Source of the DNA: Pseudomonadota bacterium
Lineage (GTDB): Bacteria > UBA10199 > 2-02-FULL-44-16 > DYJF01
DNA length: 64,000 nt
Direction: 5' to 3'
Assembly: GCA_043823065.1 (NCBI GenBank)
Contig: JBDRBB010000010.1
Span: 128,001-192,000, forward strand
Below the pieces are notes generated by a model. That model was not told the DNA's origin and searched no databases. It saw only the letters and a list, made by a program, of their open reading frames with translations. The stretch's first letter is position 1. Every line of letters begins with the position of its first letter. Of this stretch, positions 50,159 to 58,315 are shown piece by piece. The position numbers and the translations under genes were made by a program.

Positions 50159-50227
50159 CAGGATTGCTTGAAAAATGCAATAAATTGCATTTTTTAAGCA
50201 ACTTTAGCCTTCTAACAAACCGATAAT
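50159..50227 (+). promoter_or_regulatory. Palindrome plus GCAAC-N18-CGATAAT motif
   Basis: Near-identical to 30855-30922. Confidence 0.6.
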
Positions 50228-50264
50228 ACTAATAGAGGAATAATAGCTTTAAAAAGAGGTAAAA

Positions 50265-50687
50265 GTGCATTTCCAAACAGTACAACCAGAATTAATCAAA
50301 TATGAAATGAGGATGGTGCAAGGGGTTGATCCTCATGTCAAAGAGCAAAAAAAGCCAGGATTTTTTGGTAGATTGCTCTCAGGTGTAGGCAAGGTTTTAG
50401 GTGCAGCTGCCATGCCCTTGTCTTTTATTTTTCCGCCTGCAGCTATTGGTGCCGCAGGTATGTACGGAATTGGACAAATTGGCGACATGATGCAAACCAA
50501 AGCAGCTCAAAAACAGATGGAGCAAATGCAAAAACAACAACACACCAATGTTTCTTTTCCTGGTTTAGAAATTGGAGACTCTCAAGTTAGGCCCGCTGGT
50601 TTTGATCTTTCAGCACAGGATGAACAAGTAATGAATGTCTTGTTTGCCAGAAACAGGTCAATGAATGAAATGGCCCAGTCAATTTGA
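50265..50687 (+). CDS. Hypothetical protein with Gly/Ala-rich hydrophobic segment (possible secreted substrate)
   Basis: RBS AGAGG, GTG start; KPGFFGRLLSG.....AAIGAAG; Q/M-rich coil. Confidence 0.7.
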   Translation: MHFQTVQPELIKYEMRMVQGVDPHVKEQKKPGFFGRLLSGVGKVLGAAAMPLSFIFPPAAIGAAGMYGIGQIGDMMQTKAAQKQMEQMQKQQHTNVSFPGLEIGDSQVRPAGFDLSAQDEQVMNVLFARNRSMNEMAQSI

Positions 50688-50694
50688 GGTAATT

Positions 50695-51027
50695 ATGGTT
50701 GATAAGATTCGGCGCATAAGAGACGATAATATCACTGCCCAAGATGTGGCTGAGATAAAAAAAGGTGAATCAGACAGCAGTTCTGAAGCAGATGAATCTA
50801 GCTATGTTGATGGTAACAGCTTACCCAACATTTTTAGGCAATCAAATACCAGACGTTTTGCTCATTTAACTTCCAAAGAAGAACGTGAAATAGACGAAGA
50901 TTTGCAACCATTGGCTGGCGCTATTGCTCTCTACAATAGCGATGAAACCTGTGAAGATTTGCCGATGAATGAATTTGTTTGCCTAGTAGTAGAGCTAGAA
51001 GAAGCCCGTCGTTCCCACAAATTATAA
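50695..51027 (+). CDS. Hypothetical acidic protein
   Basis: RBS GAGG; directly follows previous ORF. Confidence 0.6.
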   Translation: MVDKIRRIRDDNITAQDVAEIKKGESDSSSEADESSYVDGNSLPNIFRQSNTRRFAHLTSKEEREIDEDLQPLAGAIALYNSDETCEDLPMNEFVCLVVELEEARRSHKL

Positions 51028-51110
51028 TCTTTCCTTTAGACGCCTTGCAGCATAATACATTGTCGCACTGCATATTGGATTTCACATCAATGTTGATAAG
51101 TTTTATTCTT

Positions 51111-52073
51111 ATGAAAATTAAAAATATAACTTGGATTATGCTTTTGCTCATTTTTGCTGCTTGTAGCAAAAATAGTGCTAATCCTGAATTTGTGACTGAA
51201 ACGACCGATACGCCAACCAGCGCTATTAACGAGCGTTTAGCTGAACAAACCGGACTTAAACATTTTATTTATCATGTAGGCCCAGTTGATCTACCTGCGC
51301 ATACTAATTTAACAGATGCCCTAGAAAACCCTTTGGTCATGAGCTTTCACGTAGATCAGCCTTTGTGGATCATTGGTTTTAAACCTAAAGTTATTGATGC
51401 CTCTGGTGAGGAACTTCCTTCAGATTTGTTATTTCACGCCATAGTTTCTAATGAACATGAAGAAAATCCTCTTTGTGAAACTGATGCTGTAGCTAATCCT
51501 TTTGTTGTGGCCAATTCCACGTTAACTGAAATAGCCTTTCCTAAAGGATATGGCTATGCAGTTTTATCTACTGATTCATTAATCGCTGAAGTTGTTTTAT
51601 ATAACACTAGCAATATTAGTTATATTGATGTTTCTTTTGAATTAGATGTAGTGGCCAAAGAAATGAATGAGTATGCTGGATTAAAGGATGTAAAACCGCT
51701 TTTGCTAGATGTTGATCCCTGTACTCATCAGCCTCTTCAAATTCAACCAGAAGAATTTACTGAAAGACAAATTAGTTTTCCTGTGCCTGCTCCAGGAAAT
51801 TTGCTAATTGGCCAAGGCATTATGCAACGATTTGCTTCTTTTATTGAATTATTTAAAAATTCAGACCCAACTTCTTTTTGGCGGGCCGAAGCTTATCTAG
51901 ATGAAAATCACTATATTGAAGAATTGATCGGCAATCCATTTGAAGATCCTGCTGGCGTAGAATTTAAGGAAGATGACGAACTCACCTTAAAAGTTGGTTA
52001 TGAAAATACCAGCGGAAATTGGTATAAAGGCGCTAGTGCTGCAGCCATGGTCTATTTTGCCATAGATAATTAA
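51111..52073 (+). CDS. Lipoprotein of unknown function (possible copper-monooxygenase-like beta fold)
   Basis: Lipobox FAAC; GP.DLP, P.GYGY patterns. Confidence 0.6.
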   Translation: MKIKNITWIMLLLIFAACSKNSANPEFVTETTDTPTSAINERLAEQTGLKHFIYHVGPVDLPAHTNLTDALENPLVMSFHVDQPLWIIGFKPKVIDASGEELPSDLLFHAIVSNEHEENPLCETDAVANPFVVANSTLTEIAFPKGYGYAVLSTDSLIAEVVLYNTSNISYIDVSFELDVVAKEMNEYAGLKDVKPLLLDVDPCTHQPLQIQPEEFTERQISFPVPAPGNLLIGQGIMQRFASFIELFKNSDPTSFWRAEAYLDENHYIEELIGNPFEDPAGVEFKEDDELTLKVGYENTSGNWYKGASAAAMVYFAIDN

Positions 52074-52077
52074 GAGC

Positions 52078-52182
52078 AAATCCTAAATTCAAAACACTAA
52101 ATTCTAAACAAATTCAAATTATCAAATATCAAATGTTCAAAACAATTTGTTTAGGATTTAGATATTAGGACTTAGAAATTTA
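52078..52182. repeat. AT-rich periodic palindrome
   Basis: Same family as 39902-40038; between convergent genes. Confidence 0.8.
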
Positions 52183-53562
52183 CTTTTTATAGCTGGCCAA
52201 AAATTTTTCAACTTCTGGTATCCCGCCTTGATACACCAAATATCCATTATGTGGTTCGCGCTCAGTAATTTCATCCCCAATTGGTGTTAGCATGATTTGA
52301 CGCACTTTTTCTAAATCTGTAGTTTGGCCCAAAGTCCAACATAATTTCATATAGGCAGTTTCAGGCAACATGTTTTCGCAAGGAATAATCCCCAATTCTA
52401 ATAAATATCTACCAGTATCATAGACGTTCATATGCACATAACCCCACAGGGTTTGTACAGTCATAACCACGATCACCCCTTTTTTGATGGCGCGCTTAAG
52501 TGCAGTATTAAGCGTTGCATTAACATGACCCAGACCAGTGCCAGCAATCACAATGCCCTTATAACCATTATCTACCAAAGAATCCACTGTATCTGGCAGC
52601 ATATTGGGATAGTAATAAAGCAAACTAACTTTTTCCTCATAAACCGCGTTTAATTTAACCTGGCAATCTTTTCTTCTTTTTTTGTAGGGGCGAAGCGGTG
52701 TTACTTTATTTGCCCAAACCATGGCAATTGGGATATTTCCAATTGTTCTAAAAGTGGATCTGTAACTGGAATGCATCTTACGCACCCGCAAGCCAGAATG
52801 CAGTAAACCATAGTCATCAGAAGTAGGGCCAAACATGCAAACCATAACTTCCGCAATATCAGATCTGGCTGCTGCATAGGTGGCATTAATCAAATTGCGT
52901 GCTGCATCTGAACTTGGCCTGTCACTAGAACGTTGAGAACCAACCAGAATAATCGGTACAGGCGTATCTTGAACCATAAAAGAAATAATAGCTGAAGTGT
53001 GGTGCATGGTATCAGTGCCATGGCCAATGACTATGCCATCAGCACCATTGGCGATTTCTCTTTCAATTTCTTGGGCCAAAGTTTTATATTGGCTGGCTCC
53101 CATGTTTTCTGAAAACACACCAAACAGTTTGCGAGTTTTAAGATTACAGATATCAGCCAGTTCAGGAACTGCGCCATATAGCTCGCCAGGAGAAAAAGCA
53201 GGAATAACAGCGCCCGTAGTATAATCCAGTCTGGAAGCAATGGTTCCGCCAGTACCTAAGAGTACAATATTTGGTTTATTTTTATTTACTGGAAATTCCT
53301 TTTCCGGAATCTTATAGGCAGCTTGCCGATAACCAACTTGTTTCATGCTAACAATATTATCCACATGAATGCCAGTATTATAACCATTGTTCATTTTAAT
53401 AACTATGTGCTTGGCATCTTCGGTTTCAGAGCGAGGTAAAATTAAACCTTCAAATTGACCCTTTTTGGTTTCAATGATAACTTCGCTCCAGACCTTAACT
53501 TGGTTTTGCTTGAGAACTGCTAAGCATTTATGGCGATAGCCTTGATAGTTATTATCTTTCAT
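52180..53562 (-). CDS. gatD: Glu-tRNA(Gln) amidotransferase subunit D (archaeal type)
   Basis: N-terminal K..NGYN.G domain, GTGGTIASRLDY.TGAV, HGTDTM, SQRSSDRPSSD, RKMHSSYR, MLPETA. Confidence 0.88.
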   Translation of the reverse strand: MKDNNYQGYRHKCLAVLKQNQVKVWSEVIIETKKGQFEGLILPRSETEDAKHIVIKMNNGYNTGIHVDNIVSMKQVGYRQAAYKIPEKEFPVNKNKPNIVLLGTGGTIASRLDYTTGAVIPAFSPGELYGAVPELADICNLKTRKLFGVFSENMGASQYKTLAQEIEREIANGADGIVIGHGTDTMHHTSAIISFMVQDTPVPIILVGSQRSSDRPSSDAARNLINATYAAARSDIAEVMVCMFGPTSDDYGLLHSGLRVRKMHSSYRSTFRTIGNIPIAMVWANKVTPLRPYKKRRKDCQVKLNAVYEEKVSLLYYYPNMLPDTVDSLVDNGYKGIVIAGTGLGHVNATLNTALKRAIKKGVIVVMTVQTLWGYVHMNVYDTGRYLLELGIIPCENMLPETAYMKLCWTLGQTTDLEKVRQIMLTPIGDEITEREPHNGYLVYQGGIPEVEKFLASYKK

Positions 53563-53664
53563 AGGAGCAAAGCTTAGTCAGGATATGCTATTCTTGTCAA
53601 TTAAGACGAATATTTACGTATAAAAGAAAATAAGGTATAAAGGCTTAATTTAAGGAGAAAATAA

Positions 53665-54675
53665 ATGGGTTGGCATCATACTAAATTAGGCAAGTTTGTT
53701 ATTATTATTATAGGTATAATCTTTGTGATCATTTTGGCGGTCATAGATGACTTGGTTCATAGTGGTTATAATCTTTCTCTATTTTATGTTGCTCCAATAG
53801 TGGTAATTTCTTTTTTTGTTGGACGTTGGGCAGCTGTTTATATTGCCTTGTTAAGCGCAGTAATTTGGTTGGTCGTAGATATTAGGGCCAGCATTGAAGT
53901 TTCACCAACAATTCACCTTTCAAATACATTGATTAGAATAGGCTTCTTTTTCTTTGTGACCCAGGGAATTTTTTATTTAGTTCGTTTAAGAGAAAGACAA
54001 AAAGAGATAGTAGAGTTTGTGGTCCATGATCTTAAAACACCCTTAACCAATATTAATATAGCTTTGAACAGCATTATAGAAAAAGTGGGAGATACGCCAA
54101 ACAAACTCAATCAATTAGCCAAAGTGGCCTTGGTATCCAGCGCCAGAATGGTAACTTTTATCAACTCCTTAATAGACTTATCAAAGATTGAGGATGAAAG
54201 TTATACTAATAAGTTACAACAAACAGATTTAAGGGCATTGGTGGAAGGTGCTGTTGAATCTGTAAATCTTTGGGCTGAAAAAGCCTCTATCAAAATAGAA
54301 AAAGACATCGAAACTAAAGGCAATATTTTTTATACAGATCCAAGTTTGGTAGAACGAACCCTAATGAATCTTTTAAGCAATGCCTTGAAAGTTAGTCCCT
54401 CAAATTCCACTATTAGTGTTCGCGTAGAAGATGGTATTAACAAACTTATTTTCTGTGTATCTGATCAAGGGCCGGGACTAGCCAAAAAATGGAAAAACAG
54501 ACCATTTGATAAATATTTCCAAATTGAAGCCAAAAAACAAGGTATGATTGTGGGTAGTGGTATAGGCCTAACTTTTTGTCAGTATGCTGTTAAACAGTTA
54601 GGTGGACATATTTGGTTTGATAGCGAACCAGGCTTGGGAACCAGCGTTACCTTTGAGCTGCCAACAGTGCATTAA
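53665..54675 (+). CDS. Membrane sensor histidine kinase
   Basis: N-terminal TMs; HDLKTPL, NLLSNA, DQGPG, GSGIGL. Confidence 0.92.
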   Translation: MGWHHTKLGKFVIIIIGIIFVIILAVIDDLVHSGYNLSLFYVAPIVVISFFVGRWAAVYIALLSAVIWLVVDIRASIEVSPTIHLSNTLIRIGFFFFVTQGIFYLVRLRERQKEIVEFVVHDLKTPLTNINIALNSIIEKVGDTPNKLNQLAKVALVSSARMVTFINSLIDLSKIEDESYTNKLQQTDLRALVEGAVESVNLWAEKASIKIEKDIETKGNIFYTDPSLVERTLMNLLSNALKVSPSNSTISVRVEDGINKLIFCVSDQGPGLAKKWKNRPFDKYFQIEAKKQGMIVGSGIGLTFCQYAVKQLGGHIWFDSEPGLGTSVTFELPTVH

Positions 54676-55250
54676 ATCTTGCGGCGGATAACCAAGGGAA
54701 GCAAGATTAAACCAAAGAGCACTAAAACAAAAACATTTGACCCTTTAGAGTTTCCTAAAAAGCTGCAAGCGCCATTATCTAAAGCTTCGCCCAGATTTGG
54801 GCCAGTTTGATTTGATTGAATGAGATTGTCTTCCAAAACCAGTTCAGGTTCATCTGCAATTACAGAATTAATAGGACAGCCATCATCTGTATCAGGAGCA
54901 TATTCATAAGGACAGATGTCCAAACGATCTATTATTAGATCGCCATCATCATCGCCATCACAGGCATCACCGCTACCATCTTCATCTGTATCAAACTGGT
55001 CTTCGTTGGCTATAGTTGGGCAGTTATCAAGATCATTACTAATGCCATCACCATCTAGGTCATTTGGATCTGAGGTAACAGGTTCAACTTCTTCCTCGAT
55101 TGCTGTTTCCAGGTCAGGTGTTTCGTCTTCCACAACTGAACAATCTCCTTCACATGGCCTGGGATCGCCTAAAATAGCTGCAGCAGGCGCTGCAATAATA
55201 GCTAAGAAAAAACTGATGATTAATAAACTTAAAGTAATTTTAAACTTCAT
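54672..55250 (-). CDS. Secreted thrombospondin type 3 repeat protein with C-terminal sorting tail
   Basis: Signal peptide; D.DGDG...DNCP...N.DQ.D.D.DG.GDACD; GACS + TM + RRK tail. Confidence 0.85.
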   Translation of the reverse strand: MKFKITLSLLIISFFLAIIAAPAAAILGDPRPCEGDCSVVEDETPDLETAIEEEVEPVTSDPNDLDGDGISNDLDNCPTIANEDQFDTDEDGSGDACDGDDDGDLIIDRLDICPYEYAPDTDDGCPINSVIADEPELVLEDNLIQSNQTGPNLGEALDNGACSFLGNSKGSNVFVLVLFGLILLPLVIRRKI

Positions 55251-55271
55251 AGAACCTCCACATATAATATA

Positions 55272-55287
55272 AGCAAGAATTATACCA
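55272..55287 (-). promoter_or_regulatory. Sigma-54 promoter with IHF site at 55313-55325
   Basis: Minus strand TGGTATAATTCTTGCT; TATCAAgatgTTA. Confidence 0.65.
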
Positions 55288-55465
55288 AATGCGCAATTTA
55301 AATAGTAAATGATATCAAGATGTTATCTGCATCTAGGACATGCAAAATGGTAAAAAATAGGGGCAAATTAAGTATTTATGAGGCATTCAGTCACCATAAG
55401 ACAAGCTCATTGCAGACCAGCTCAAAAAGAAGTAAAAAGAAAAATCTACTTATCAAGGAGGAATC

Positions 55466-57880
55466 ATGAATAATGCCAAAGGGTTATCTTATAGCCAAGC
55501 CCAAACTCTTATCAATCAACACGGTTACAATGAAATTAAAGAAAAAAAGGTAAATCCTATCTTCAAGTTCCTGGGATTTTTTTGGGGACCCATTCCTTGG
55601 ATGATCGAGGCTGCAGCTATATTATCAGCTATTATTCATCACTGGGAAGACTTTTTTATTATTGCAGTTTTACTGTTACTTAATGCTGTGGTTGGTTTTT
55701 GGCAGGAGTATAAAGCAGATAATGCCATTGAATTATTAAAGCAAAAGCTAGCCCTAAAAGCCAAAGTGCTGCGCGATGGAAAATGGTTAGAGGTTGCAGC
55801 TCGTGAATTAGTGCCTGGTGATGTAGTGCGGGTGCGTTTAGGTGATATCATTCCAGCAGATATTAAACTTTTAGAAGGAGATTATTTAGAAGTAGATGAA
55901 TCTGCGCTAACCGGAGAATCTCTGCCTGTGGAAAAAAAGATTTCTGATACTGCCTATTCTGGTTCAATAATTAAAAAAGGGGAAATGACTGCTGAAGTAA
56001 CTGCAACTGGCATGAACACCTTTTTTGGCAAAACTGCCAAGCTAGTTAGCGAAGCCAAAAATGTTAGCCATTTTCAAAAAGCAGTAATTAAGATTGGCGA
56101 TTATTTAATTGTCTTAGCAATTGCTTTGGTCACTTTAATTTTTTTGGTAGCTTTGTTCCGACATGAAAGTCTGATTGTGACCCTGCAATTTGCGCTGGTT
56201 TTAACTGTAGCTGCCATACCCGTGGCCCTACCAGCAGTGCTTTCAGTTACCATGGCAGTTGGCGCAATTGCCCTTTCCAAAAAAGAAGCAATTGTCAGTA
56301 AGTTGCTGGCTATAGAAGAAATGGCTGGAGTTGATATTTTGTGTTCAGATAAAACAGGTACGATAACTAAAAATGAACTAACCCTGGCTGAAGTGGTTCC
56401 TGATGCAAATTTTCAAGCTGCTGAAGTGCTTATATTTGCAGCATTAGCCAGCAGGCCAGAAGATAAAGATCCAATTGATAATGCTATATTAGAAAAAATA
56501 ACTAACCAGAGTGATTTGGAAAAATATCAGAGCCTAGCATTTCATCCTTTTGATCCAGTTTCTAAACGCAGTGAAGCTGAGGTGCAAACAGCAGAAGGAG
56601 AAAAGATCAAAGTTACCAAAGGCGCGCCACAAATGGTTTTGTCTTTAATTGCTAATAATGAAGAATTAGCAGAAAAAATAAATCAACAAGTAAATAATTT
56701 TGCTCATAAAGGCTATCGCTCAATTGGTGTGGCTAAAACTCAGGTAGATGGAAATTGGCAATGGGTTGGACTTATTCCTTTATATGATCCGCCGCGCGAA
56801 GATTCTGCCCAGACCATTGTCTTTGCTAATCAGATGGGAGTTGAAGTAAAAATGGTTACAGGCGATCATGTGGCTATTGCCAAAGAGATTGCAGCCCAAG
56901 TAAATCTTAAAACCAATATATTAGAAGCTTCAGAGATAGTTAATAAATCTGATACAGATGCAATTCATGTCATTGAACAAGCAGATGGCTTTGCCCAGGT
57001 TTTTCCCGAACATAAATATAAAATTGTCGAGCTCTTACAAAGGGCAGGTCATTTTGTAGGCATGACTGGCGATGGAGTTAATGATGCGCCAGCTCTTAAA
57101 AAAGCAGATGCTGGCATAGCTGTTGCTGGAGCTACAGATGCTGCCAAATCAGCAGCAGATATAGTGTTAACGCGTTTTGGTTTATCAGTAATTATTGACG
57201 CTATCAAGGAGAGCCGCAAAATTTTCCAACGCATGAATAGTTACGCAATTTATCGTATTGCCGAAACTTTGCGCGTCCTGCTTTTTATCACGCTATCAAT
57301 CTTGGTTTTTAATTTCTATCCAGTAACCGCTATCATGATTGTGCTTTTAGCCTTGTTTAATGATGCGCCAATTATGTCTATTGCTTATGACCGGGTTCAT
57401 TATTCTGCAGACCCAGAAAAGTGGAATATGCGGATTGTGCTGGGAATTGGCACATTTTTAGGAGTGCTGGGTGTGGCTGTAACTTTTTCTTTATTCTACA
57501 TTGGCGATCAAGTTTTGCATTTAAGTAAGCCAGTATTGCAAACTTTTATTTTTCTAAAACTAGCTGTAGCAGGTCATCTAACGATTTTTATGACGCGCAC
57601 CAGAGGGCCGTTTTGGAGCATTAAGCCAGGAGCTGCCCTTTTTTGGAGTGCCGTGATTACTAAACTTTTAGCCACTTTGGTGGCTGTATATGGATTTTAC
57701 ATTACACCTATTGGCTGGAAATTGGCCTTGTTTGTCTGGGGTTATGCCCTGGCAGAATTAATTGTCACTGATGCTTTAAAAGTCTGGATGTATAAAGTAC
57801 TGGATCATGAAGGCATAATTATGAAAAAATCAGCTAAAGCAGGTATGAATCAATCTCTTAACTTTGTTGCTGGAGACTAA
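55466..57880 (+). CDS. Plasma-membrane proton-efflux P-type ATPase (type IIIA)
   Basis: FWGPIPWMIEAAA, TGES, IPVALP, CSDKTGT, DPPR, TGDGVNDAPALKKA, IFQRM.SY. Confidence 0.92.
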   Translation: MNNAKGLSYSQAQTLINQHGYNEIKEKKVNPIFKFLGFFWGPIPWMIEAAAILSAIIHHWEDFFIIAVLLLLNAVVGFWQEYKADNAIELLKQKLALKAKVLRDGKWLEVAARELVPGDVVRVRLGDIIPADIKLLEGDYLEVDESALTGESLPVEKKISDTAYSGSIIKKGEMTAEVTATGMNTFFGKTAKLVSEAKNVSHFQKAVIKIGDYLIVLAIALVTLIFLVALFRHESLIVTLQFALVLTVAAIPVALPAVLSVTMAVGAIALSKKEAIVSKLLAIEEMAGVDILCSDKTGTITKNELTLAEVVPDANFQAAEVLIFAALASRPEDKDPIDNAILEKITNQSDLEKYQSLAFHPFDPVSKRSEAEVQTAEGEKIKVTKGAPQMVLSLIANNEELAEKINQQVNNFAHKGYRSIGVAKTQVDGNWQWVGLIPLYDPPREDSAQTIVFANQMGVEVKMVTGDHVAIAKEIAAQVNLKTNILEASEIVNKSDTDAIHVIEQADGFAQVFPEHKYKIVELLQRAGHFVGMTGDGVNDAPALKKADAGIAVAGATDAAKSAADIVLTRFGLSVIIDAIKESRKIFQRMNSYAIYRIAETLRVLLFITLSILVFNFYPVTAIMIVLLALFNDAPIMSIAYDRVHYSADPEKWNMRIVLGIGTFLGVLGVAVTFSLFYIGDQVLHLSKPVLQTFIFLKLAVAGHLTIFMTRTRGPFWSIKPGAALFWSAVITKLLATLVAVYGFYITPIGWKLALFVWGYALAELIVTDALKVWMYKVLDHEGIIMKKSAKAGMNQSLNFVAGD

Positions 57881-57889
57881 GGAGTTTTT

Positions 57890-58315
57890 ATGACCCATAT
57901 AAATGATTTTATGAAAGGCAAATCGTGGTTGATCTATGGTTCTGGTTTTGGCGGAGCAATAGGCGCGCTTTTGGTTTTTTTGAATTCTTTACTGCCTATG
58001 CAAAGTGCTCTGATAATGGATATGCCGCAAGGGTTTATGACTACCACAGCTTTAGGCATGGTTGGTGGAATCATGGGTGGTCTGCTTGGTAGCCTAATTA
58101 GCGGTGTTTTTGCCAAAGAAGATTTGGTGCTAAATATTGGCAGCTCTTTGGGCATTGGAGTTATTAATGGTTTTATTGCTGGCACAGTTGTGGGGCTTAT
58201 TCTATCAATTATTCAAGCCTGGGATTCAAAAATTTTGACCCCAGCAATAGTGACCATTGCTATAGCCAGCTTGATTTTGCTGGCCATAGTTATTTATTAT
58301 TTTAAAAAGAAATAA
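57890..58315 (+). CDS. Small Gly-rich membrane protein
   Basis: About four TM helices; RBS AAGGAG after ATPase stop. Confidence 0.7.
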   Translation: MTHINDFMKGKSWLIYGSGFGGAIGALLVFLNSLLPMQSALIMDMPQGFMTTTALGMVGGIMGGLLGSLISGVFAKEDLVLNIGSSLGIGVINGFIAGTVVGLILSIIQAWDSKILTPAIVTIAIASLILLAIVIYYFKKK

